Of a stretch of DNA of 64,000 nt, positions 10,015 through 18,226 are shown piece by piece. The notes below the pieces were generated by a model. The model did not search any database. It was given only the letters and a program-made list of their open reading frames with translations, and had not been told where the DNA came from. Location: the NCBI GenBank assembly GCA_046350795.1, contig JAXLZT010000002.1, positions 24,293-88,292 on the forward strand. The letters run 5' to 3'. This DNA comes from Minisyncoccota bacterium. GTDB lineage: Bacteria > Patescibacteriota > Minisyncoccia > Phycocordibacterales > CALRHW01. The stretch's first letter is position 1. Each line of letters opens with the position of its first letter. A program made the translations under genes and the position numbers.

Positions 10015-10536
10015 ATGCACCTTGCATTTACAGGCAATGGAAAAGGAAAAACAACAGCAGCCATCGGCAACGCAATCAGAGTTATTGGAGCTGATAAACG
10101 CGCTCTCATGGTTCAGTTCATTAAGGGACCCTGGATATCTGGAGAGGATAAGTGTGCAGAGCGACTGGGACCGGATTTTAGAATTGTGAAAACAGGCAAA
10201 GGGTTCGTCGGTATTCTTGGAGACACGCTTCCGATCGAAGAACACCGAAATGCTGCCGAAGAAGGACTACGGATTGCAAAGAAAGAGATCGCCAGTGGCA
10301 AGTGGCATCTCTTAATTCTCGACGAAGTTCACAATGCCATCTCACTTGGCCTGCTTTCAGAGACGGTCGTCAGTACGTTTTTGGATTATGCAAAGAGTAA
10401 GGTTGAACACATCATCACGACTGGCCGCGATGCACCAAAACAAATCATCGAACATGCCGATCTGGTAACGGAGATGAAAGAAATCAAGCATCCGTATCAG
10501 ACGGGGCGGTTCGCAGAGAAAGGGTTAGATTTTTAA
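10015..10536 (+). CDS. cobO: ATP:cob(I)alamin adenosyltransferase (CobO/CobA/BtuR family)
   Basis: P-loop TGNGKGKTTAAIG followed by VQFIKG, both diagnostic of CobA/BtuR. About 173 aa. Confidence 0.8.
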   Translation: MHLAFTGNGKGKTTAAIGNAIRVIGADKRALMVQFIKGPWISGEDKCAERLGPDFRIVKTGKGFVGILGDTLPIEEHRNAAEEGLRIAKKEIASGKWHLLILDEVHNAISLGLLSETVVSTFLDYAKSKVEHIITTGRDAPKQIIEHADLVTEMKEIKHPYQTGRFAEKGLDF

Positions 10537-10547
10537 CAGCATATTGT

Positions 10548-10685
10548 CCCGATCGGGGAAGCAGGGTGTAATTCCCTCACAGTGCCGCTACGGTGAAAGT
10601 CCGAATGCCGATCAGGATATAATCCCGAGCAGGAAGACGCGCATATATGCGACGGCAATACTCCTCTCGGCAGAGGAGTATTTTT
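10548..10685 (+). promoter_or_regulatory. Probable cobalamin (B12) riboswitch with terminator-type expression platform
   Basis: GGGAAGCAGGGTGTAATTCCC...CACAGTGCCGCTACGGTGAAAG matches the cobalamin aptamer core consensus (GGGAAG..GGTG.AA.TCC...C.G.CCCGC.AC.GT.AA). The hairpin TACTCCTCTCGGCAGAGGAGTA plus TTTTT (10659-10685) abuts the ATG at 10686. Confidence 0.6.
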
Positions 10686-11159
10686 ATGACTAACAATAAA
10701 AAGATATATAGTGGGTTCATTGTTCTGGCGATACTTATTTTCGCCATTCTGTACTTTGGAGCACATAGAACAGAAGCCCCGTCGGTTTCAGTACCGGCAG
10801 TTTCAGAACAGGTACAAAGTCCTGTTCCCGAACAAGCGGTTCCTCCGGCCAAGAACGAACCTGTTTCTGCGCCGGAAGTTTCGAGCGCATTCAATGTTAC
10901 GGCTGGCACGGCAACACTTTCTCTTTCAACAACCGGCGGATCGTTTCTTTCTATTCTTTCTGCGGCAAAGGAGCGCGGAGAGTTGGCTTTTTCCGGCAAG
11001 GATTATCCTGGACTCGGATTTTTTGTAACGGAGATCGGCTCTTTGAAAGAAGGAAATGGCAAGCATCTCATGTACTACATTAACGGCACAGAGGCGTCAG
11101 TCGGCGTTTCTCTCTATGTTCCAAAAGCTGGCGATACCGTCGTCTGGGAACTCAAATAA
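10686..11159 (+). CDS. Membrane-anchored DUF4430-like protein (transcobalamin/intrinsic-factor C-terminal beta-domain-like); start corrected to MTNNKK
   Basis: N-terminal TM helix and a Pro/Val-rich linker. The C-terminal segment ...GKHLMYYINGTEASVGVSLYVPKAGDTVVWEL resembles the DUF4430 signature (GWMYxVNG....Y.LKDGD.I.W). The track start at 10647 would overlap the riboswitch terminator. Confidence 0.5.
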   Translation: MTNNKKIYSGFIVLAILIFAILYFGAHRTEAPSVSVPAVSEQVQSPVPEQAVPPAKNEPVSAPEVSSAFNVTAGTATLSLSTTGGSFLSILSAAKERGELAFSGKDYPGLGFFVTEIGSLKEGNGKHLMYYINGTEASVGVSLYVPKAGDTVVWELK

Positions 11160-11161
11160 GT

Positions 11162-13117
11162 ATGAAAAAACTTCTTGCAGTATTGTTTCTTTTTTGCGCC
11201 GTTAGCTTCGGAGTTCGTGCTTATGCCGACGATGTTCCTCTGGACACTCCAGTAGATCCTGCTCCTATTGTGGATGAGACACCGCCAGCCGAAGATCCTC
11301 TCCCGCTTCCGACTGCGACACTCATTATCCGCTCGGGAGACACGGTGCTCTACAGTGGCAGTGTTTCCATTCCTGAAGAGAGTTCCGTAGAGATTGCCGA
11401 TAGTACCGGCGCTCTGCATTCTGTTTCCGCGCGGAGCGTACTTGCACTTCTTACGGCGCTTGATGCTTCCAATGATGACTTTGCCATAACCAATCTCACA
11501 TACTATCCTTCGTTTTCTTCTTTCTATCTCAAATGTCTAACACCGAGCGGAGAAATTGAACAATGCGATAACTGGCAGTATGCTGTCGGCAGTACGACCC
11601 CGTCTAGCAGTATTGATACCACTATTCTTTCTGGCGGCGAAACGGTGGGACTATACTTCGGTTCTCCGCACCGAGTTTCTTTGAGTGCGACTTCTGTTAC
11701 AAAAGGCGATGCGTTTATCGCCACCGCGCAGTCCTACAATTATGCGGACAACACCTGGAATGCGCTCTCTGGCGTTACAATCGGAGCAACTGTGCCAAAT
11801 CCAGCCGATCCCTGGACTCCGATAGTGGTAACAACACAAGCAGTAGACGCAGATGGTAAAGCGACGATCACGCTTTCGGATGCCGGAAGTTACTCGGTCG
11901 GCATCGCGGAGGATTTCTACTTTCCTTCGTATGCGCTCTCGGTTACTGAACCGGCTCCTGTCGGCGGCGGTGGAGGTAGCATACCAATCCCAACATTCAG
12001 CGTTGATCGCGCACTTTCATATCTCTACTCGGTCCAGAATGCAGACGGATCTTTTGGAAGTGATCTCTATACTGATTGGGCAGGTATTGCGTATGCGGCA
12101 AGCGGCGCATCACAAAATGCAAAAACTTCACTCATTGGATACCTTTCTTCTCACTCGCAAATAAGCTCTTTGCTTACAGATAATGAACGTAGAGCGGTAG
12201 CACTGCTTTCACTGGAGCAAAATCCATACACGTTTAGCGGGACTAATTATATCTCTCCGATAGTTTCTTCTTTCGATGGGACACAGTTCGGCGATCCGTC
12301 GCTTGTAAACGACGACATCTTTGCACTCTTGCCACTCTCTGCTTCTGGCTATTCCGCGAGCGACGACATGATTGCAAAAGACATTCAGTTTCTGGTAAGC
12401 AAACAGCGACCAGACGGATCATGGGAAGGCAGTGTTGATCTTACTGCATCTGTCATACAAGCACTCCAAGCATTCAACGCCGCACCTGACTCTGTCGCAA
12501 AGGCGATCGCATATTTGCAAACAAATCAGCAGAATGACGGCGGGTTTGGATCAGTGTATTCGACGAGCTGGGCAATGCAGGCCGGAGCGACATGGAGCAA
12601 GAACGGAAAAGCGGGAGCTGATTATCTCGCCTCATCGCAAGCGCCAGACGGTGCGGCCATTCCTGGGAGCGAAAGTACGAACAATCGAGTATGGGCGACG
12701 AGCTATGCCATCCCCGCAGTGCTCGGAAAATCTTGGAGCACTATCATGCATCCAGTTCCAAAGCCACAGGTTGTGTCAACCGGATCTTCTTCTGCCACAC
12801 AGACCGAAACAGCAAAGACGCCGGAAGTAATTATCCAAAAGACAGAGGAATCTAAACCCGAGGAACTGCCCGTAGAAGTAGCGCCAAAGGTAGCGGAAAC
12901 TCAGATCACTCTTACTCATACTGAAAAACCTAAAATAACGCCTCAAGTTGAAAACAATATGGAAGAAATTAAGACCGAGAAACCAGTAGAGTCGACTTCT
13001 CTTGCAGCCGCCGCAGGAGAAAGCAAGACCGACATACCAACTCCGGTAGTTGCCGTATCGCTCGCCGGAATTGGGGTCCTGGCGCTTATTGCGCGGAAGA
13101 TCTTTTTGAAGTTCTAA
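11162..13117 (+). CDS. Cell-surface protein with alpha/alpha-toroid (prenyltransferase/squalene-cyclase-like) repeats; candidate cobalamin-binding (transcobalamin N-domain-like) protein
   Basis: Signal peptide. Repeated QW-like motifs (SVQNADGSFGS, SKQRPDGSWEG, TNQQNDGGFGS, SSQAPDGAAIPG). Pro/Glu-rich stalk and a C-terminal TM anchor (VAVSLAGIGVLALIARKIFLKF). Translationally coupled to the DUF4430-like gene. Confidence 0.5.
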   Translation: MKKLLAVLFLFCAVSFGVRAYADDVPLDTPVDPAPIVDETPPAEDPLPLPTATLIIRSGDTVLYSGSVSIPEESSVEIADSTGALHSVSARSVLALLTALDASNDDFAITNLTYYPSFSSFYLKCLTPSGEIEQCDNWQYAVGSTTPSSSIDTTILSGGETVGLYFGSPHRVSLSATSVTKGDAFIATAQSYNYADNTWNALSGVTIGATVPNPADPWTPIVVTTQAVDADGKATITLSDAGSYSVGIAEDFYFPSYALSVTEPAPVGGGGGSIPIPTFSVDRALSYLYSVQNADGSFGSDLYTDWAGIAYAASGASQNAKTSLIGYLSSHSQISSLLTDNERRAVALLSLEQNPYTFSGTNYISPIVSSFDGTQFGDPSLVNDDIFALLPLSASGYSASDDMIAKDIQFLVSKQRPDGSWEGSVDLTASVIQALQAFNAAPDSVAKAIAYLQTNQQNDGGFGSVYSTSWAMQAGATWSKNGKAGADYLASSQAPDGAAIPGSESTNNRVWATSYAIPAVLGKSWSTIMHPVPKPQVVSTGSSSATQTETAKTPEVIIQKTEESKPEELPVEVAPKVAETQITLTHTEKPKITPQVENNMEEIKTEKPVESTSLAAAAGESKTDIPTPVVAVSLAGIGVLALIARKIFLKF

Positions 13118-13144
13118 TCGGTAAAGATTGCTTTTTTTGCCGCA

Positions 13145-13492
13145 TTGTTGCATACTTTTGAAACTAGTATGCCTACGAAAAAATCATCAAAGAAAATAAA
13201 ACAGCCTCTCCCACGAACTGCGTACCGACGCAACGCCGAAACCTATAAGATCCTCGCTAATCCGAAGCGCCTTGAGATCCTGAACCTTCTCCGTGAGCAG
13301 GAAATGTCAGTAGAAGAACTGGTAAAAACCCTCGGCATATCAAAGGCCAATGTTTCCCAGCATTTGGCGCTCCTTCGCCATGCTGATCTCGTGACAGTCC
13401 GCCGCGAGGGACTCAACGGGTACTACAACATCATCGATCCTCGCATCGTAGAGCCATGCCGCATTCTCCATCAGCTTGCTTTGGCTCGATAA
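13145..13492 (+). CDS. ArsR/SmtB family transcriptional regulator
   Basis: HTH segment LEILNLLREQEMSVEELVKTLGISKANVSQHLALLRHADLV. Confidence 0.7.
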   Translation: MLHTFETSMPTKKSSKKIKQPLPRTAYRRNAETYKILANPKRLEILNLLREQEMSVEELVKTLGISKANVSQHLALLRHADLVTVRREGLNGYYNIIDPRIVEPCRILHQLALAR

Positions 13493-13695
13493 AGGCGAAA
13501 ACCCTTGTATTTATTAGCCAACTGCCTGCCAATTAGCCACAAACGCGAACCGATTTAGGTCCGAAATGATCATTAGTGCGGTTCTGACTTCATCTAAGCC
13601 CCGCAGCCAATTTGAGCTAGGACGAGATGCGTATGGATCTCATGCGCTCGAAGTGCATCGTTTAGCAAATTTTGTAGAAGCGATACAATACAACT

Positions 13696-14073
13696 ATGTT
13701 GCATCAGATGAAATTACAACCAAATCCGTTTGAGAAAATAAAGAATGGAAGCAAGACTTTAGAGCTTCGTCTCAACGACGAGAAGCGGCAACTCATTAAG
13801 GTTGGCGACGAGATTGAATTTTCTCTTGCGACGGAACCTGAACAGAAGATGCTTGCAGTCGTCGAAGACTTGTATCATTTCCCGACATTCAAGGATCTCT
13901 GTTATTCATTTGAGCCTGCTGAGTATGGCAGTCTTGATAAGGAAGAGTATGTAGAGATGTATAAGTATTACTCAAAGGAAGATGAGACAAAGTACGGAGT
14001 CTTGGGTATACGCGTAAGGCCTCACAACGGTCCAGTAATTAAGATTTCCCACTACCGAGTTCCAACAAAATAA
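13696..14073 (+). CDS. ASCH (PUA-like) domain protein
   Basis: MKLQPNPFEKIKNGSKTLELRLNDEKR matches the ASCH N-terminal pattern. 125 aa. Confidence 0.5.
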   Translation: MLHQMKLQPNPFEKIKNGSKTLELRLNDEKRQLIKVGDEIEFSLATEPEQKMLAVVEDLYHFPTFKDLCYSFEPAEYGSLDKEEYVEMYKYYSKEDETKYGVLGIRVRPHNGPVIKISHYRVPTK

Positions 14074-14171
14074 GGTTCTTGCTCTAAGCGGCCAGCCAGG
14101 TTGAGATAGATTCGGAGTCCGAGGGGTATCATATTTTTCTCTAATAATGAAGTTTCTGATATAATCTAAAA

Positions 14172-14807
14172 ATGACAATATTCCTCGCACAATTTCTAAC
14201 AGTGGCTCTGGTACACTTCCTCGCTGTTGTAAGTCCAGGTCCTGACTTTGCGATGGTCACTCGAAATAGCATCATCTACTCTCGAAAAACGGGAATCTAT
14301 ACCTCGATAGGAATTGCGGTAGGAATTCTCGTCCATGTTGCATACTCGCTTTTGGGAATTGGTTTCATAATTGCTAAATCAATTGTTCTCTTCAACATCA
14401 TTAAATTCATAGGAGCTGGATACCTTATTTATATCGGTTATAAATCTTTTCGTGCAAAACCTTTTGTCCAGACAGAAAAAGATGTAAATGTTAAAAACAA
14501 AGATATGCGTCCCTGGGCATCATTCAAGATTGGATTTCTTACCAATGCACTCAATCCTAAGGCGACTCTTTTCTTTCTAGCGTTGTTCACCCAAGTCATT
14601 GATCCTGCTACTCCCAAAACTATTCAGCTTGCCTATGGCATTGAGATGATGGTGATCACATTCGTCTGGTTCGCTCTAGTGTCACTCTTTTTCTCAAACT
14701 CACTTATTAGAAGTAGGATTGGCAAAGTGCAACATTATGTCGAAAGAGTTACGGGAGTAGTGCTTATTACGCTTGGTATTAAGGTGGCATTAGCTAGTCA
14801 TAAATAA
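14172..14807 (+). CDS. LysE/RhtB family amino-acid exporter
   Basis: 211 aa and 6 TM helices. FLTNALNPKATLFFLALF is typical of LysE translocators. Confidence 0.65.
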   Translation: MTIFLAQFLTVALVHFLAVVSPGPDFAMVTRNSIIYSRKTGIYTSIGIAVGILVHVAYSLLGIGFIIAKSIVLFNIIKFIGAGYLIYIGYKSFRAKPFVQTEKDVNVKNKDMRPWASFKIGFLTNALNPKATLFFLALFTQVIDPATPKTIQLAYGIEMMVITFVWFALVSLFFSNSLIRSRIGKVQHYVERVTGVVLITLGIKVALASHK

Positions 14808-14928
14808 CATGACATTTTGCGTGAATAAGTTCTAACGCCATTATGTGTGGCCGTTTAAAATAGTGGGGGAATTGGACGCTCGAACTTCTCTACTCATTTA
14901 CCTCACATTATTGTAGAGTAATAATAAT

Positions 14929-15507
14929 ATGAAAAAAGTATTTATTGTGCATGGTTGGGGTGGTATCCAGGAAGGAGGGTGGTTTCCGTGGTTAAAGAAA
15001 GAGCTTGAAGCAAAAGGTTTTGCTGTTTTCATTCCTCAACTTCCCGATGCTGAAAATCCAAGAATTGAAAAGTGGGTGCCAGTATTGGCTAGCGTTGTCG
15101 GTGACCCAGATGAAGAATGTTATTTTGTTGGACATAGCATGGGTTGTCAGACTATCGCTCGATACCTCGAATCATTAAAAGATGGTGTAAAGGTTGGTGG
15201 TGTGGTTTTTGTCGCTGGTTTTTTCAAACGCCTTACTAACCTTGAAGAAGACGATGCTGTAAAGGAAACGGCAAGATTGTGGCTTGAGGCACCAATTGAT
15301 TTACAAAAAGTGAAGAGTCACATACTTAACAGTGTGGCAATATTTTCAGACAATGACACATATGTTCCTTTGGACAATCAGGATGATTTCCGAGATAGAC
15401 TTGATTCAGAAATTGTTATCGAGCACGATCTCGGTCATTTTAGTGGCAGTAATGGCGTCGCAGAATTACCGATAGTGCTTACAAAAATTATTGAGTTTGC
15501 AAAGTAG
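14929..15507 (+). CDS. Alpha/beta hydrolase (YdeN/RBBP9-like serine hydrolase)
   Basis: VHGWGG near the N-terminus and the nucleophile elbow GHSMG. 192 aa. Confidence 0.6.
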   Translation: MKKVFIVHGWGGIQEGGWFPWLKKELEAKGFAVFIPQLPDAENPRIEKWVPVLASVVGDPDEECYFVGHSMGCQTIARYLESLKDGVKVGGVVFVAGFFKRLTNLEEDDAVKETARLWLEAPIDLQKVKSHILNSVAIFSDNDTYVPLDNQDDFRDRLDSEIVIEHDLGHFSGSNGVAELPIVLTKIIEFAK

Positions 15508-15592
15508 GTTCTAACGGCATTATCGCCCTGTCTTTTATTAGCGCCAAACCGTAAATGAAAGAGTTTCTTTTAAAGGGTATATAATATAAAAC

Positions 15593-16198
15593 ATGTCATT
15601 ATCAAAATCACAACTAGGCGTCCTTGCGTTTAGTCTACTTTATATACTCATCGGTGGTTTTTATTTTCTGCGAGATTTAAATTTCGAATTTGTCATATAC
15701 GTTGGAGTGATCATTGCTGTATTTGCTCTACTTTTTGGTACGCTGAGAAAGACACATTTTCCGACATACATTTTATGGCTCATTTCTATCTGGGGACTGC
15801 TTCACATTCTTGGTGGATCTGTGCAGACACCGGATGGAGTTTTATTTGCTTACCGTATTTTTCCTTTCATTGATCTTGGTGGTGATTTTTATATTCTAAA
15901 ATACGACCAGCTGGTACATATGTATTTGTACGGAGTGATGTCGCTTGTATTTTTGCATTTGATACGCTCAACATTGCGTGCTAGCGGACCCGCATGGATT
16001 ATTTTTCTCATCGCTATCATGGCTTCGATGGGAGTGAGCGCTCTCAATGAGATCATGGAGTTTTTTATCGCTGTTACTCTAGAGCGAAACGGTGTGGGTG
16101 GATATGAAAATGCTATGCTCGACCTCGTATTCAATTTTGCTGGCGCTATTATCGCGCCGATTGCGTTGTTTTTGAAGAGAGAGGTTAAGACACATTAA
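15593..16198 (+). CDS. Polytopic membrane protein, function unknown
   Basis: 201 aa with multiple hydrophobic helices. Confidence 0.5.
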   Translation: MSLSKSQLGVLAFSLLYILIGGFYFLRDLNFEFVIYVGVIIAVFALLFGTLRKTHFPTYILWLISIWGLLHILGGSVQTPDGVLFAYRIFPFIDLGGDFYILKYDQLVHMYLYGVMSLVFLHLIRSTLRASGPAWIIFLIAIMASMGVSALNEIMEFFIAVTLERNGVGGYENAMLDLVFNFAGAIIAPIALFLKREVKTH

Positions 16199-16208
16199 TT
16201 GGTATAAT

Positions 16209-17465
16209 GTGTACATGGAAATCTTAAAGCCCCAAACTCTAGAAGACCTAAACAAGATTTTATGCGGAAACAGGCTGTATGCTAATGGAAAAAATAAGAA
16301 GGTTGATCATTTTTATGAAACTGTTGCTAATTCAAAATGGAGCCTAGAAAATTTGTGGGGCATCTATTTGGCTAAACCAGAGTATGTCTGGATGGCGCTG
16401 TGGATGGCGGTAACTTCCAGAGAAAAGCTTAAGAAAAGACAAATAAGATATATTTTACCCAAAGAAGGTGATTGTATTGGTAGTGTGGAGATTTACAATC
16501 CAGATAAATTAAATCTGGATGATATTTTTTCCAAAGAAGCGTATTTATATCTTTTCGAATTGGATAAATACCAAGATGTTGAAATTGTAGATTTATATAA
16601 AGATCCCAATCTTATAGATGATTTCTTTAGTGTAGAAAAGGTAGAAAAAAGAGGTGTGGTGCAAGATTGTTTTGTGCCAAAATTTAAAAATAAGGCGGTG
16701 ATTGTTTTTGATAGCTGGCAAGTTGCTCTCACTAATTTTGAAAAAATAATTCCAGACAAGGAGATTGTTTTAACAGATAATCTTATAAAAGAATTGTCTA
16801 ACAGGGTAACTTTTGTAGACACAGAAATTGGAAAAAACTATATTAAACCATTCCAGATTAAAAGAGTTCTTTTTGATCTGGATGGCACACTATGGGATAC
16901 TCAGAAATTTCATGCTTCGGCAGAAATTGAACTTATGCGAGAGCATGGTGTATCAGTCTCCGATGAAGAAATAAGTGCCAAATATGCTGGAAGACCAACT
17001 GAAAAAGTATTTATGGAAGTACTTGGGTGCGATGAGGCCATGGCTTTATCTTTATCGAAACGCAAATGGGATAAGATTTTTCCTCTGGCTACTCACGCCA
17101 AAGAACTCTGTCAAATTCGCGATTTATTTTTAGCTCTTAAACAACGAGGCATCGCTATCTCTATAGGCACAGCATCGCCAGCACGGTGGGCTAAAGATCT
17201 CTTACAAACTCATATTTTAGAGGGGTTAATAGAAGAAACAGATATCATTGGTGGTGATATGGTGGAGAGTGGAAAACCTAGCCCAGACATATGGCTTCGG
17301 GCAGCAAAAAACACTCCTCTTGTTAATTGTTTGGTTGTTGAGGATGGTCTGGCAGGAATCGAAGCAGCTGTTACGGCGGGGATACCTTGTGCGCTTATAC
17401 TTCCTAAGAAGCACCCAAAAGCATTTCAGATTTTTTCAGCGAGTGATATTCTTGATTTTATTTAG
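16209..17465 (+). CDS. Two-domain protein: unknown N-terminal domain plus C-terminal HAD-superfamily hydrolase (beta-phosphoglucomutase-like)
   Basis: HAD motif I LFDLDGTLWDT and motif IV VVEDGLAGIEAAVTAGIPC in the C-terminal half. Confidence 0.6.
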   Translation: MYMEILKPQTLEDLNKILCGNRLYANGKNKKVDHFYETVANSKWSLENLWGIYLAKPEYVWMALWMAVTSREKLKKRQIRYILPKEGDCIGSVEIYNPDKLNLDDIFSKEAYLYLFELDKYQDVEIVDLYKDPNLIDDFFSVEKVEKRGVVQDCFVPKFKNKAVIVFDSWQVALTNFEKIIPDKEIVLTDNLIKELSNRVTFVDTEIGKNYIKPFQIKRVLFDLDGTLWDTQKFHASAEIELMREHGVSVSDEEISAKYAGRPTEKVFMEVLGCDEAMALSLSKRKWDKIFPLATHAKELCQIRDLFLALKQRGIAISIGTASPARWAKDLLQTHILEGLIEETDIIGGDMVESGKPSPDIWLRAAKNTPLVNCLVVEDGLAGIEAAVTAGIPCALILPKKHPKAFQIFSASDILDFI

Positions 17466-17589
17466 ATAAAAGACTTGCAGTGTTAATTTGTACAAGAAGC
17501 AAAAGGAGTAAATAGTCCATTAAGAGTGAGATCTACAGATTATATAATCTTTTCATCTCTTTTAAAAAACAAAGTAAAATAAGTACATA

Positions 17590-18141
17590 ATGAAATACTA
17601 TGTCGTTTTAATACGAGGCATCAATGTCGGAGGTAAGAACAAGATACCGATGTCGAAGTTGAAGATATGTCTGGAGGATATAGGTTTTTCAAATGTCACA
17701 ACATATATTGCGAGCGGTAATGTCATCGTCGGCTCAAACAAAAAAGCCGATCAGATAAAAAGATTGATTGAAAAATCACTACCTAAATATTTCAAACTAG
17801 ACAGCAATATTCTCAAGGTTTTGGTACTGACAAAAAGCCAGATACAAGCAGTCGTTTCTCATAAGCCAAAGGGTTTTGGAGATGAACCAAAGAAATATCA
17901 CAGCGATGTCATTTTTCTTATGGAAATTACAGCAACTAAAGCTATAAAAGTATTTACTCCTAAAGAAGGTGTCGATAAAATTTGGAAAGGCAGAGGTGTT
18001 GTCTATTCGCAAAGACTAAGCGCACTCCGTACCAAAAGTCGACTAAATCGGATTATGATGGCTCCGGAGTATAAAAGCATGACTATTCGTAACTGGAATA
18101 CGACCACTAAACTTGCTCAGTTGATGGGAGATAAGAGTTAA
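17590..18141 (+). CDS. DUF1697 family protein
   Basis: N-terminus MKYYVVLIRGINVGGKNKIPMSKLK is characteristic of DUF1697. Confidence 0.55.
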   Translation: MKYYVVLIRGINVGGKNKIPMSKLKICLEDIGFSNVTTYIASGNVIVGSNKKADQIKRLIEKSLPKYFKLDSNILKVLVLTKSQIQAVVSHKPKGFGDEPKKYHSDVIFLMEITATKAIKVFTPKEGVDKIWKGRGVVYSQRLSALRTKSRLNRIMMAPEYKSMTIRNWNTTTKLAQLMGDKS

Positions 18142-18226
18142 TAAATATTACTCCAATACTACGTGAGGGGTGATGATTTTGGTATGGGTTAGAATAAATA
18201 ATTTTGCTATAATCAACCCATAAACT

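Noticed and set aside
10647-10685. Upstream extension MRRQYSSRQRSIF of the DUF4430-like ORF
   Set aside because: It would be translated through the riboswitch terminator hairpin. A start at 10686 is more plausible.
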